Part shown: piece after piece, positions 36,864-45,985 of the stretch
Layout: every line of letters starts with the position of its first letter
Position numbering within the stretch: position 1 is the stretch's first letter
Virus record (IMG/VR): IMGVR_UViG_3300035696_000041
DNA: 64,000 nucleotides
Origin: a virus
Direction: 5' to 3' (one strand)
Program-made: the position numbers and the translations under genes
Notes under the pieces: generated by a model
Databases searched by the model: none
Seen by the model: the letters and a program-made list of their open reading frames with translations, nothing else
Told to the model about the DNA's origin: nothing

Positions 36864-37355
36864 GGGCTTGTGTAGCGACTTCACAAGTTCTGCAAACCCA
36901 GGTGCCGCAGTATCTTCCGTATTGCCCTTTTTCCGCATCCGCTTGTAAATGTCGTCCACCCATTCGAGGAATTCCTGCTCATCATTGTAGGCGGCGAACA
37001 CCGAGGCGTATTGCTGTAGCTCTTTCTGCTCCATCCAAATCCAAACAGCCACTTCAATGTGAAGAGTCGGGGAGATTTGATAGATAATGCGTTGGAGTCC
37101 ATCCTCGGGTTTCATTGGAGCGTTGTAAGCCACGCACTTGTCTTTCAACTCTTTCACAAGCTTTTTGCAGTCCACAGCGAACCCGATGCGATTAAGCTTG
37201 ATTTTCTCCATGTCCCGAAGCCACTTGCCGCTCGGGAGAAATGCGAACCGCTTGAGGTACTCATTGAATGAATCCACATTGAATGAGTGGCTCAGATGCG
37301 GAAGGATGTCCTTCCGCCAGAATTCATATACGGTATTTAGGTGGTCGTAGTTCAT
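36858..37355 (-). CDS. hypothetical protein
   Basis: 165-aa ORF. Confidence 0.4.
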   Translation of the reverse strand: MNYDHLNTVYEFWRKDILPHLSHSFNVDSFNEYLKRFAFLPSGKWLRDMEKIKLNRIGFAVDCKKLVKELKDKCVAYNAPMKPEDGLQRIIYQISPTLHIEVAVWIWMEQKELQQYASVFAAYNDEQEFLEWVDDIYKRMRKKGNTEDTAAPGFAELVKSLHKPS

Positions 37356-37564
37356 ACAAGTTGGGATGGGACTAAGAGTTTGAATCTTCCATACTCTGTG
37401 GGTCTAAGAACCCATTGGTCGGTATCCATACAGAGTTTGATACCCTTAACCTTCTCGGTGGCAAGTTCTTTCTTGCGGGCAGCGATTTCTCTCTTGAGGA
37501 ACCCGATAGTCAGTTCGTTAAGGTCATCCACATCAATATGTTTGCAGTAGTATTCGACACTCAT
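37352..37564 (-). CDS. hypothetical protein
   Basis: 70-aa ORF, coupled to its neighbours. Confidence 0.3.
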   Translation of the reverse strand: MSVEYYCKHIDVDDLNELTIGFLKREIAARKKELATEKVKGIKLCMDTDQWVLRPTEYGRFKLLVPSQLV

Positions 37565-37758
37565 AGGCGTTGGTTCTTCTTGACTTGGAAATGACGTTTG
37601 GCTCCCTCGGGGAGTTGGTCGAACAAAGCCAGCATATTCGTCTTGGTCTTTAGTTCGGTCGGATACGTCTGAAAGGTGAATAGCTTCAACACTTCCATTA
37701 CTTCGTCGGGAGTGGCTCCAGGCTTTGGGTCGAAGATTAGTATTCTATCGGTGTTCAT
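37561..37758 (-). CDS. hypothetical protein
   Basis: 65-aa ORF. Confidence 0.3.
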   Translation of the reverse strand: MNTDRILIFDPKPGATPDEVMEVLKLFTFQTYPTELKTKTNMLALFDQLPEGAKRHFQVKKNQRL

Positions 37759-38024
37759 TTTCGGTAGTGGGCGGTTGAATCACAGCGGCAACGAAAGGTA
37801 TCACCGCTATGGTCGGATTGACCGATGACTGTTTTGTGATGAATAGGGCATACAAACCAATGATGACCATTCGGACAAAATTGGTCTGAAAGCGGACAAC
37901 GACATCCCCCAACAGACTCCGCACCACAAGTGGGGCAAACCCTATGCAATTCCCAATTGGGCTTGAAGTCGGGTTGGGGTTCGCTGTCTATCAAAACAGC
38001 CAAGCATCTTTCTTCGGCATTCAT
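37755..38024 (-). CDS. hypothetical zinc-ribbon protein
   Basis: CPTCGAE...CRCP...CPNGHHWFVCP. Leaderless at promoter member m. Confidence 0.4.
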   Translation of the reverse strand: MNAEERCLAVLIDSEPQPDFKPNWELHRVCPTCGAESVGGCRCPLSDQFCPNGHHWFVCPIHHKTVIGQSDHSGDTFRCRCDSTAHYRK

Positions 38025-38030
38025 AGCATT

Positions 38031-38061
38031 ATACTACCACAGCCACTACCGTAAGTCAAGC
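38031..38061 (-). promoter_or_regulatory. sigma70-type promoter (member m), leaderless
   Basis: TTGACT-17-TGTGGTAGTAT. TSS about 38024, which is the ATG. Confidence 0.4.
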
Positions 38062-38065
38062 GATT

Positions 38066-39373
38066 TTACACCGCAACATCGGCCTTGATGGCGGGATGCG
38101 GCTCGTATCCGATAAGCTTGATGTCGTCGTACTTGAAGTCGAAAAGGTTCTTCACTTCGGGGTTCAACCACAACTTTGGTAGGAGTTTGGGTTTCCGTGC
38201 CATCTGGAGTTTCACTTGGTCCTGATGATTCTTGTAGATATGCAAGTCCCCATAGGTATGAGTGAATGTCCCAGGCACCATACCCGATACATGAGCAACC
38301 ATCGCCAACAGCAAGGCATAGGAAGTGATATTGAAAGGAACACCGAGGAAAGTGTCGCACGAACGCTGATACAGCAGCAGGTTCAGGCGGCGTCTCGGGA
38401 TGGAGAGTTTATCCAAGTCGTCGTCACCCAAACGAAGCAGATTCGCCTTGGGGTCTCTTTCCTCACCAATTTCAATTCTTTCTTGCCATGTGAGTTCTTG
38501 CGTATTGAAATGGAAGAGGCAGTGGCATGGCGGCAGAGCACAATGGTCAACCCAATAAGGATGCCAAGCTGAGACAATCATTCGGCGGTCAAGTGGGTTG
38601 CTCTTGAGTTTGTCGAGCACCTTCTTGAGTTGGTCCACCGTTCCTCTCACGCCAATCTTGGCACCATTGAATCCATATTGGTCCTCATCGGCTTCCTCGC
38701 CATAATAGGGGAAGGCTCTCCACATACCGCCATAGGTGCCTTCGCCAAGGTTCCCCCAACGCTCCGCAAACCCAACCTCGTTCTTGATTCTTCCAATGAA
38801 CTGTTCCATCGTTGGCACGGTCTCTTTGGTAAATCCATGACACATGCAATTCCCATCGGGATGCTGCATCACTTCCTTCTTGTACTTGGCATAGGCCCAC
38901 TCGTCCCAAATATGAACATCATTGTCCACGAGGTATTTGATATTGGTGTCCCCACGGATGAACCACAGCAATTCGTGAACGATGCCTTTGAACCACACCT
39001 TCTTGGTGGTAAGAATAGGGAAAGCATCGAGGTTCACGTCAAACTTGGCTTGGGCACCGAAGACGGCAAGCGTATCCACGCCAGTCCTATTGCCCGTCCA
39101 TCGGCCTTCGTTAAGGATAAGTTGGAGCAAGCAGAAGTACTCGTCGTCAACGTGATTGGAATAGGCCACAACCTCTTCACACGGGATATTCGGGTGTGCG
39201 GGGCATCCACAGTTGACGCAGACTTCGTTACACTTTCCGTCTTTGTGCTTGGGGGCGTCTATGTCGGGATAGGGCTGAAAGCAATGTTCACAGACTTTCG
39301 TTAGGTTCGAGGGGGTTGTCATCAGATTTATCATATTACCATCGGTCTGGGTCGTCGTAAGGCTCTTGAGCAA
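38066..39373 (-). CDS. thyA: thymidylate synthase family protein (ThyA or dUMP/dCMP hydroxymethylase) with N-terminal Cys-rich extension
   Basis: RTGVDT, FPILTTKKV, ELLWFIRGDTN, GTVDQLKKVLDKLKSNPLDRRMIVSAWHP, ALPPCH catalytic Cys, YQRSCDTFLGVPFNITSYALLLAMVAHV. Extra 60-aa N-terminus with 8 Cys and a roughly 30-aa insertion. Confidence 0.7.
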   Translation of the reverse strand: MLKSLTTTQTDGNMINLMTTPSNLTKVCEHCFQPYPDIDAPKHKDGKCNEVCVNCGCPAHPNIPCEEVVAYSNHVDDEYFCLLQLILNEGRWTGNRTGVDTLAVFGAQAKFDVNLDAFPILTTKKVWFKGIVHELLWFIRGDTNIKYLVDNDVHIWDEWAYAKYKKEVMQHPDGNCMCHGFTKETVPTMEQFIGRIKNEVGFAERWGNLGEGTYGGMWRAFPYYGEEADEDQYGFNGAKIGVRGTVDQLKKVLDKLKSNPLDRRMIVSAWHPYWVDHCALPPCHCLFHFNTQELTWQERIEIGEERDPKANLLRLGDDDLDKLSIPRRRLNLLLYQRSCDTFLGVPFNITSYALLLAMVAHVSGMVPGTFTHTYGDLHIYKNHQDQVKLQMARKPKLLPKLWLNPEVKNLFDFKYDDIKLIGYEPHPAIKADVAV

Positions 39374-39737
39374 ATTCGGATGCTTTAAGATAACCTACGG
39401 CAGTCACGTTCCATCCATGTTCCCAAAGTCGTATCTTCTCTGGGTCCGTGTAGGGGCATGATTGTTTGGGTTTTCGTTGTTTGTATGCTTCGGCTCCCTC
39501 AATGGATATTGGGTCGGCCTTGTAATCTGAATCGTCAAACAGACGTTCAAAAAGTTTCATCAAATCATCCCGCTTTTTCTCGGGGCGTTCTGTACCGCAA
39601 TCGCACCACGGGCATACATCAGTTCCGCCCATGCTCGCATCCTTCACGGGGTATCCGCAAATCCTACAGGGAGCCGTCTCGTCGTACTCAACCGAGAACG
39701 GTTTCCCATCCATTCCTGTATAGGTAGCCGTTTTCAT
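39336..39737 (-). CDS. hypothetical Cys-rich protein
   Basis: CRICGYP...CPWCDCG. Start trimmed to ATG 39737. Confidence 0.35.
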   Translation of the reverse strand: MKTATYTGMDGKPFSVEYDETAPCRICGYPVKDASMGGTDVCPWCDCGTERPEKKRDDLMKLFERLFDDSDYKADPISIEGAEAYKQRKPKQSCPYTDPEKIRLWEHGWNVTAVGYLKASEFAQEPYDDPDRW

Positions 39738-40234
39738 ATACCTGGTAACTGTCGAGTGTAACTGGCCACAATGTAGTCCTTTTCCTCTTTGACTATTTGC
39801 CACTTGGGAAATAGGTGTTCAAAATCTGGCATGTACACGTCGCCCTCGTATTCATCGGCAAGGTGAGTGACAACTACCTGATGTATCCACGGCATCAAGG
39901 ATTTATACACCTTTGCCCCACCGCATACCCATATCAAACTCCATTGAGATTGCCATCCCAAATCTTGATTGAAGATGTCGAATAGCATCTGCTTGCTAAC
40001 GTAACGACAGAGTGTCCCCGAGGGCATGGCTTGGAGTTGTGGGTCTTCCGTAAGGATATAGGTAAACCTTCCTGGGAGCGGCTTACCAATGGATAAGAAG
40101 GTGCTGCGGCCCATTACCAGTGGGCACCCCATCGTCACCTTCTTAAAGAACTGAAAGTCCTCGGGGATATGCCACGGTATCTTGCCATTACAGCCGATGA
40201 CCCTATTCGGGTCCATTGCTACTATTGCTCTCAT
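39734..40234 (-). CDS. folA: dihydrofolate reductase
   Basis: IVAMDPNRVIGCNGKIPWHIPEDFQFFKKVTMGCPLVMGRSTF...LPGRFTYILT. Confidence 0.7.
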   Translation of the reverse strand: MRAIVAMDPNRVIGCNGKIPWHIPEDFQFFKKVTMGCPLVMGRSTFLSIGKPLPGRFTYILTEDPQLQAMPSGTLCRYVSKQMLFDIFNQDLGWQSQWSLIWVCGGAKVYKSLMPWIHQVVVTHLADEYEGDVYMPDFEHLFPKWQIVKEEKDYIVASYTRQLPGI

Positions 40235-40397
40235 TATCTTTAGGAGGTTTGGGATAATCCATCACATCAGCCACGAGTTCATCCACCGTCACACCATCAA
40301 TATCGGCTAAATACTCCAGAAATGAGTTTGCAACTCGTAAGTTACCCATTTGGACGTATTCGCCTCTTTCGTATTCTTTTCGGACTTCTTCTTTCAT
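40203..40397 (-). CDS. hypothetical protein
   Basis: 64-aa ORF. Confidence 0.3.
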   Translation of the reverse strand: MKEEVRKEYERGEYVQMGNLRVANSFLEYLADIDGVTVDELVADVMDYPKPPKDNESNSSNGPE

Positions 40398-40729
40398 GCG
40401 TATATTTGTGGGAACTTATCCCTTAAGTCAGCATAGGCTGTATGGTCCCGCCATAGGATAGCATTGGATGCCATTGTAGCATATGGTTCGACACAATGAG
40501 CCGAGACGAATTCGAGGAAAGCCAGTTCCTTGGTGGATAGCCCGCCATCCCCAGTCACCTTGAAGTTAATCAAGGCATCCACGATATTGCGAGCCTCATA
40601 CTTATCCTTGGCTCGGGCGATGATTTGTTCATCGCCCTCTGGCCCCTTCCAAATGGCTACTTCCTTGCCGCTCCATCCTTCCTCGATGTAGCACCAGTAG
40701 TTGTCATTGCCATACTTTTTCGAGTTCAT
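40394..40729 (-). CDS. hypothetical protein
   Basis: 111-aa ORF. Confidence 0.35.
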   Translation of the reverse strand: MNSKKYGNDNYWCYIEEGWSGKEVAIWKGPEGDEQIIARAKDKYEARNIVDALINFKVTGDGGLSTKELAFLEFVSAHCVEPYATMASNAILWRDHTAYADLRDKFPQIYA

Positions 40730-41034
40730 AGTTTGGAGACGAGGGTGACTTTCATTATCTTCCCCGTCATTTCGTTTACTTCGAGGTCGAACTCGACTTC
40801 GTAAAAGAAATTGCGAAGTTCACGGGCCAGTTTTTCCAATGACGCCTTTGAGAAGTGGGGCACCACACGTTTCAACTCTTCGAGGTTCTCACACTCGGTA
40901 GAGTATGAGCCGTGGGCATACCACTTCATTGTTGTCATGTTACTCTTCTCCAGCGGCTCGGTCGTAGTACCGCCCTCGGGTCTCGGGGTCAAGGTCGAAG
41001 AAGTCTTGGCCAGTTTCTTCACGGGCTTTGTCAT
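40726..41034 (-). CDS. hypothetical protein
   Basis: 102-aa ORF. Confidence 0.35.
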   Translation of the reverse strand: MTKPVKKLAKTSSTLTPRPEGGTTTEPLEKSNMTTMKWYAHGSYSTECENLEELKRVVPHFSKASLEKLARELRNFFYEVEFDLEVNEMTGKIMKVTLVSKL

Positions 41035-41152
41035 ACCAATAGGCTCTTTCCTCGGGGTCTAAATCGAAAACCCCACGATTGGTTGTGTAGTAGTTGTCGT
41101 CGTCTCTCATATCAAAAGATACTTTTCTCGCACCAGTTGAATGACATCCCAA
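40940..41152 (-). CDS. hypothetical acidic protein
   Basis: 70-aa ORF. Overlaps the previous ORF in another frame, so uncertain. Confidence 0.25.
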   Translation of the reverse strand: MGCHSTGARKVSFDMRDDDNYYTTNRGVFDLDPEERAYWYDKAREETGQDFFDLDPETRGRYYDRAAGEE

Positions 41153-41715
41153 GCATCATCCAAAGCCTCATGCGTCACGACTTCGGGCAGCTTGGCTCGT
41201 CTTTTGCACTCCTTCAAGTCGGGCGGTACTCGGTCGTTGCGAGGGTCAAAGTACATCATGCCAGGGTCAACTACTCGGTGGTGAAACTTCGGCATGAACG
41301 GAAATTGTTTGAGGAAAGGAAGGTCAAACCCCGCCGCATTCTTACCCGCTACAACGAGGACTGGTTGCTGATTGAGAAAGCTGCCCGATGGCCACATATG
41401 CTGATACTTAAAGAGCCACTGCTTGAAATGTGGCCACAAGTAATTGGGGGCCGTGAGCGTTCTGTCATAGTCATACATTCCAGCCACGCCCTCGGCCTTC
41501 TTAAGTTCAAGTATCTTCTGGAAGATATGGGCATTCATGGCCAGAGCATAAGGCTCTCCCCGATAGTTATCCTTCCAGACGTACCTATGGAAAGTCGGGA
41601 GTTGGTTTCTTGGGAGCAGTTTCTCCGTGTCTTCGAGGAAGGCACCCACTTCAAGAACATCACAGGTTGCGGGGTCCAGTCCAGTAGTTTCAATGTCGAG
41701 GGATAGATATATCAT
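41107..41715 (-). CDS. DEDDh 3'-5' exonuclease (oligoribonuclease / T4 DexA-like)
   Basis: Exo I LSLDIETTGLDP and Exo III THEALDDAWDVIQL. Confidence 0.55.
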   Translation of the reverse strand: MIYLSLDIETTGLDPATCDVLEVGAFLEDTEKLLPRNQLPTFHRYVWKDNYRGEPYALAMNAHIFQKILELKKAEGVAGMYDYDRTLTAPNYLWPHFKQWLFKYQHMWPSGSFLNQQPVLVVAGKNAAGFDLPFLKQFPFMPKFHHRVVDPGMMYFDPRNDRVPPDLKECKRRAKLPEVVTHEALDDAWDVIQLVREKYLLI

Positions 41716-41963
41716 TCCAGTCCTTTCCAGAGGTCGGGTTCTTCGTTATGAAATTTCATACATTGCTCCATGAACCTTCCTCTGTTCTTAAGCTTGCTCT
41801 TGCAAGCGAGAGTATTTGTGGCCCACCCCAAGAGTAGGTCAACGTCCATTCGCCAAGCGGCACCGCCGTAGTATTCTAGCAAGTCGTCAATAAGAGACCA
41901 CCGACCATTCTTCATCAAAAGGTCGGCAGTGTCATACAACTCGTCTAGTTCCTTGTCGGTCAT
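41712..41963 (-). CDS. hypothetical protein
   Basis: 83-aa ORF. Confidence 0.35.
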   Translation of the reverse strand: MTDKELDELYDTADLLMKNGRWSLIDDLLEYYGGAAWRMDVDLLLGWATNTLACKSKLKNRGRFMEQCMKFHNEEPDLWKGLE

Positions 41964-42262
41964 TTACTCAAGCGTCCCCATATCCATCCCACTGCCACGA
42001 AGGCGAGAATGATGAAGCCGAACTTCAGTACGCCTAATGCCATCCACGCATGGGCGAGTCCCTTGAACAAGACCCATACCAAGACAAGGCAGACTAACAG
42101 TGCGATGATGATATTACGATGCATAAGTCGGGACCATCGCCAACAGTTTCTCTTTGTCCTCAGTGAATTTCCAAGCACCCTTGGAAACCCAACGAGTACG
42201 CTGAACCACTTCGGGGACGACTTTGAAAATCTTCTCGTCGCCCTTCCAAGTAACGGGACCAT
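41960..42262 (-). CDS. hypothetical membrane protein
   Basis: 100 aa, two TM helices. Confidence 0.35.
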   Translation of the reverse strand: MVPLLGRATRRFSKSSPKWFSVLVGFPRVLGNSLRTKRNCWRWSRLMHRNIIIALLVCLVLVWVLFKGLAHAWMALGVLKFGFIILAFVAVGWIWGRLSK

Positions 42263-42902
42263 CGTAAGACTCCTTCACAATAAGCCTACCATTCTTGGCC
42301 CCATCGGGGAAGTCGGTTGCCCAGTTAACGCCCTTGTCGTGCAGCATTTCGTGCATCTGAGGCGTGCTCTTGCCTTGCAACTCCTTGTGAGAGAAATTGG
42401 CTTGAGCAACCATAGACACCGAGTTGCGGGCACAGTCTTGGTTACGCCAGATGAAGTAGTTCATCACTTCAATTCTGTCGGGGATGGTGAACACACGAGC
42501 ATCAAAGTATGCAAGTGGAATAGCATTCACTGGCCCAAGTCTCAACAGACGGTTGTAGTTGAAGTGGGCCGTGATAATAGAAGCAGCCACAGAAGTAATC
42601 TTCTGGGAGTTGCCGTCAAACCATGCCGAAGTCTGAGGCGTAGCGAAATCCGTCAAAAGGATAGAGATTTCGTCGGACTGAGTGTAGGCGAATACGGCAC
42701 CCTGAATTTCAGGAAGCATATTGATGATGGACAGGTCGAAGTCCTCGAACAACTCGTTATCGAAGGGTTTCTTGAGTCCACGGGTGTACGTATGGAAATG
42801 ACATCCATCAAGACGGAGTATTGTGTATGTTCGGCGGGGAAGATAGTATCTGGTCCTATCTTCATACTGATTCTTCATGCGGTCCCCGAGGTCGTCTTTC
42901 AT
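42114..42902 (-). CDS. Thg1-like protein (tRNA-His guanylyltransferase / 3'-5' nucleotide polymerase family)
   Basis: RMKNQYE...YLPRRTYTILRLDGCHFHTYTRGLKKPFD and AYTQSDEISILL match the Thg1 palm-domain motifs. Confidence 0.6.
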   Translation of the reverse strand: MKDDLGDRMKNQYEDRTRYYLPRRTYTILRLDGCHFHTYTRGLKKPFDNELFEDFDLSIINMLPEIQGAVFAYTQSDEISILLTDFATPQTSAWFDGNSQKITSVAASIITAHFNYNRLLRLGPVNAIPLAYFDARVFTIPDRIEVMNYFIWRNQDCARNSVSMVAQANFSHKELQGKSTPQMHEMLHDKGVNWATDFPDGAKNGRLIVKESYDGPVTWKGDEKIFKVVPEVVQRTRWVSKGAWKFTEDKEKLLAMVPTYAS

Positions 42903-43095
42903 AACGCTTTATGTGATACTTGATAAGGTTGTACTCAACCCCATATTTCTTATGTAATGCCCACATACTATCACCTTTCAAGTAATCTGTCAAGACTTGA
43001 GTTTGGATTTTTGAGGAACGTCGGCGTTGATTAGGGGTTAGGTAACGTTTGTCGGGGTGCTCGGCGAGTCTGTCTTCGAGGATGTAGGGTCGCAT
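42862..43095 (-). CDS. hypothetical protein (possible HTH)
   Basis: 77 aa. LTDYLKGDSMWALHKKYGVEYNLIKYHIKRY is helix-turn-helix-like. Confidence 0.3.
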   Translation of the reverse strand: MRPYILEDRLAEHPDKRYLTPNQRRRSSKIQTQVLTDYLKGDSMWALHKKYGVEYNLIKYHIKRYERRPRGPHEESV

Positions 43096-43316
43096 GTGCT
43101 TCCTTTCCTGAGAATTTCGTATAGTAATGCTCGTTCTTCGTACTGTTGGTGAGTGAGAGCGACGAACCGATAAATCATACCACGGATTTCTCCATAGTAA
43201 TCACTATCAAAGGTGGATTCGCTGAGAGCATCTTCAATCTCTCTGGCTAACTCGTCGGTCTGTCGTTTGGCAATTCGTGCTACTTCGTCCAGTCTGGTTC
43301 GTTCGTCTTGTGTCAT
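43038..43316 (-). CDS. hypothetical protein
   Basis: 92-aa ORF. Confidence 0.3.
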   Translation of the reverse strand: MTQDERTRLDEVARIAKRQTDELAREIEDALSESTFDSDYYGEIRGMIYRFVALTHQQYEERALLYEILRKGSTCDPTSSKTDSPSTPTNVT

Positions 43317-43570
43317 TTCAGTTCCTTTAGTTCATCGGCGACATTAAGAACAGCCACGGCAACAAGGGCACGAATGGCTTCTTTGTCGGCACGGTAAAAT
43401 GTATAGTGGGACTTTCGAAGCTTTGGGTGACGGCTCTTATGCACCCAAACATCCCCCGTCTCCAAATCCACGAAGGCCCATTTTCTGGGGCACTTCGAGT
43501 CAATGGTCATCTTGACGCTCGCCGGGGCGTCCTTCACCTTCTGGCCGTTCTTGAGGGTCCGAGTTTTCAT
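43313..43570 (-). CDS. hypothetical protein
   Basis: 85-aa ORF. Confidence 0.35.
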   Translation of the reverse strand: MKTRTLKNGQKVKDAPASVKMTIDSKCPRKWAFVDLETGDVWVHKSRHPKLRKSHYTFYRADKEAIRALVAVAVLNVADELKELK

Positions 43571-43817
43571 ACGGGGTATAATACCATTTCTCTAGGTCTT
43601 CTGTAAAGAAGAAAAATGACCCCCAATGTTCGGTCCAGACCAGCAGCAGCAAAAAGTTACCAAAGTACTCCCGCTCCATGATGGCGTTCTCGAATTTCAA
43701 CTCGGTGCCATCTTGATGCTTAACGATGACCCGCCCCTTGAAATCCATGCACTGGAGTTTGCTATCCTTTTCCTCAAGGTAGGTGCGGGCGTCGAGTTTG
43801 ACTTGTGCGAGGCTCAT
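43500..43817 (-). CDS. hypothetical protein
   Basis: 105-aa ORF. Confidence 0.3.
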   Translation of the reverse strand: MSLAQVKLDARTYLEEKDSKLQCMDFKGRVIVKHQDGTELKFENAIMEREYFGNFLLLLVWTEHWGSFFFFTEDLEKWYYTPYENSDPQERPEGEGRPGERQDDH

Positions 43818-44773
43818 ATGCTACGTGCTCTCCCGCCCAAGAACCACCACCCCTTGCCGAAGACAGAGGTTGGCGGCTTGACGGGCTTAGACGGTGGGGC
43901 CGCACGAGTGGGGCGGGGCTTGGAAGGCATAATCCGAATAGGCACCGACTTGCCAACATAGTCCTCTCGGAAAGCCTGAAAGGCATTGACGGCCCGAGAC
44001 AGCAACTCTTCCTTGAGGCACAATTCATCACAGAGCATGAAGTTCTTGTACCCGATGTCAGTGAGCCATGCCAACTCATTCCAGTCCGCACATGACGGCA
44101 CGGCGTCTTGGATGGTCGAGAGCAGCAGCCGAGAACCACAGACGGTCTCTGGGTCACGGTCAACGAGCAGCTTGGTAGCGGCAAGAATCTCATGGGGTCT
44201 GTCGAGTTCGACATACATATCCCCACGGGCGAGAACGAGGCGGGTGTTCGGGGTCTTGACGAAGTGATTGCGGACGTACTCCAACCCCTTCTTGTCTTCA
44301 ATCTTGAGTGCCACTTCGGCATCGTCGCCCACAAGCTTGCGGAATTCGTCCACGTCTTGCTGGCTTTGCACGTATGACAAGAACCAGTGCGTGAAGCCAG
44401 CGGCTCTCACTTTCTGTATCTTTTCCAGTTCGATGGGAGTGAACTGTTCGCCGAACACTTGGAGGCTCGAATCCCGAATATGAAGAGACTCCCCTGGCTT
44501 GACCAAGAACTTCGGCCCACCGAGGAACTTGAGTCGTTTCCCATCTTCCAACACTTCATGGAGCAACGCCACGTCGGCCCCCGCCTTGAATAGCACGGGG
44601 GTCGGCGTGTCCACTTGGATGGCGTGATTCAGCCGAATGTCCAAGTAGTTGTCGTTCTTAATCCACTCCGTTACACGAAGCTGACGCCCCTTAATGTCGT
44701 AGTAGAGGGGCATTTCAATATTCATGTGACTAATCTTGTCGAGTTCCTCGTCCAACTCTGTGGTACTCATCAT
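43814..44773 (-). CDS. pyruvate-kinase-like / HpcH-type TIM-barrel protein (tentative)
   Basis: KIEDKKGLEYVRNHFVKTPNTRLVLARGDMYVELD resembles the KIEn..G...vARGDLgvE segment of PK/HpcH barrels. Start trimmed to ATG 44773. Confidence 0.3.
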   Translation of the reverse strand: MMSTTELDEELDKISHMNIEMPLYYDIKGRQLRVTEWIKNDNYLDIRLNHAIQVDTPTPVLFKAGADVALLHEVLEDGKRLKFLGGPKFLVKPGESLHIRDSSLQVFGEQFTPIELEKIQKVRAAGFTHWFLSYVQSQQDVDEFRKLVGDDAEVALKIEDKKGLEYVRNHFVKTPNTRLVLARGDMYVELDRPHEILAATKLLVDRDPETVCGSRLLLSTIQDAVPSCADWNELAWLTDIGYKNFMLCDELCLKEELLSRAVNAFQAFREDYVGKSVPIRIMPSKPRPTRAAPPSKPVKPPTSVFGKGWWFLGGRARSI

Positions 44774-44907
44774 CGCCGAATTTAAGCGGATTGAGGACAG
44801 GCGGCGGTCACGAGAGAACCGAGGAAAGTGAGGGAAACTCGGCCACAAGGTAACTGACAGATTCACGTCTAGCATAGAATTGATGTCCGTATAACGGAGT
44901 GAAATGT

Positions 44908-45951
44908 TTAGATGAGGGGCTTCATGGTCTTGGGACCAGTCTTGCCCTTGCTGTCGGTTCCGTCCGTCAGCTTCTTCATGCTTTTACGCATGACCGATTT
45001 GCCGGTGCCGCCTTTCGTGGCATCACGGGCAGCGTCGGGGATTTGATGGATGGTCACAAGCGACTTGTAAACCATGTCCACCTTGGCCTGACCACCCTTG
45101 TCGGCCAGTTGGCGGTCTTCCAACTCTTGCTCGAAATAAGCAATGCGGCCCGTTTCCTTGGCGAGGATGCCGAAGATAACGTCCACCACACGGTCAGCCG
45201 AGGGCAGAACCGCAATGTGGTCTTCACCCACCAACTCGGACCAGTGACGGAAGGTCGAGCGGTCGTCGTCCGAAATGTTGTTGGACCATCCGCTTCCCGC
45301 ACCGTAGGACTTCTGGATGAAATAGACAGACATCTTGTCTTGGAGTGCCTTGAAGATGTCCTTGGTAGGCATAGCCTTCTCCAACTTGACGTTGCAGTAG
45401 GTCTCGGCCATGTCCTTGCTGACAACGTTGTAGGTCTTCTCGTCACCAATAAAGATGATGATAGGCTTGATGGCCTTCGGCATCTTGACGTTCTTGAGGG
45501 CGTACAGAGCCGCCAACTCATAGGTCTCTGTGCCTTGCCCGCCGCCGTTGCCCTCGATGATTAGCTCTTCGAGGCGTTTCTTCAAATCAAGCCCCTTGGC
45601 GAAGGGACGGAATTGCAACGGGTAGGTTTCGCCGTTGTGGGCGTCCCCGATGGCAGCGAAGCAGAATTCGGCGTCCTCGCCGAGGTACTCCTTGGTCTCA
45701 TGCTCCAAATAGGGCAGCTTGGAGAACATGATTTTGGGCCACTCACCCATGCTCCCCGTTTGGTCCACCACGACGATAAGCGGCGAGGTACTGTTGGTAC
45801 TGACGCTATCGGGGATAAGGTCTTTGGCCACTTTGCCAGCCGCCGTAGCATCTGCGTAGCTGCGGCCAGCGTGAGAATCGTATGCACGGCGAGCACTTGA
45901 GAAATCGTGCCCTACCCATACGCCAGGACTATAATCACCACTTTCACTCAT
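44908..45951 (-). CDS. von Willebrand factor A (vWA) domain protein
   Basis: LIVVVDQTGSMG MIDAS motif. Located immediately downstream of the J-domain kinase. Confidence 0.6.
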   Translation of the reverse strand: MSESGDYSPGVWVGHDFSSARRAYDSHAGRSYADATAAGKVAKDLIPDSVSTNSTSPLIVVVDQTGSMGEWPKIMFSKLPYLEHETKEYLGEDAEFCFAAIGDAHNGETYPLQFRPFAKGLDLKKRLEELIIEGNGGGQGTETYELAALYALKNVKMPKAIKPIIIFIGDEKTYNVVSKDMAETYCNVKLEKAMPTKDIFKALQDKMSVYFIQKSYGAGSGWSNNISDDDRSTFRHWSELVGEDHIAVLPSADRVVDVIFGILAKETGRIAYFEQELEDRQLADKGGQAKVDMVYKSLVTIHQIPDAARDATKGGTGKSVMRKSMKKLTDGTDSKGKTGPKTMKPLI

Positions 45952-45985
45952 ATGTTTTGTTTCTGTTTGTTGGTTTAACTGTTAA

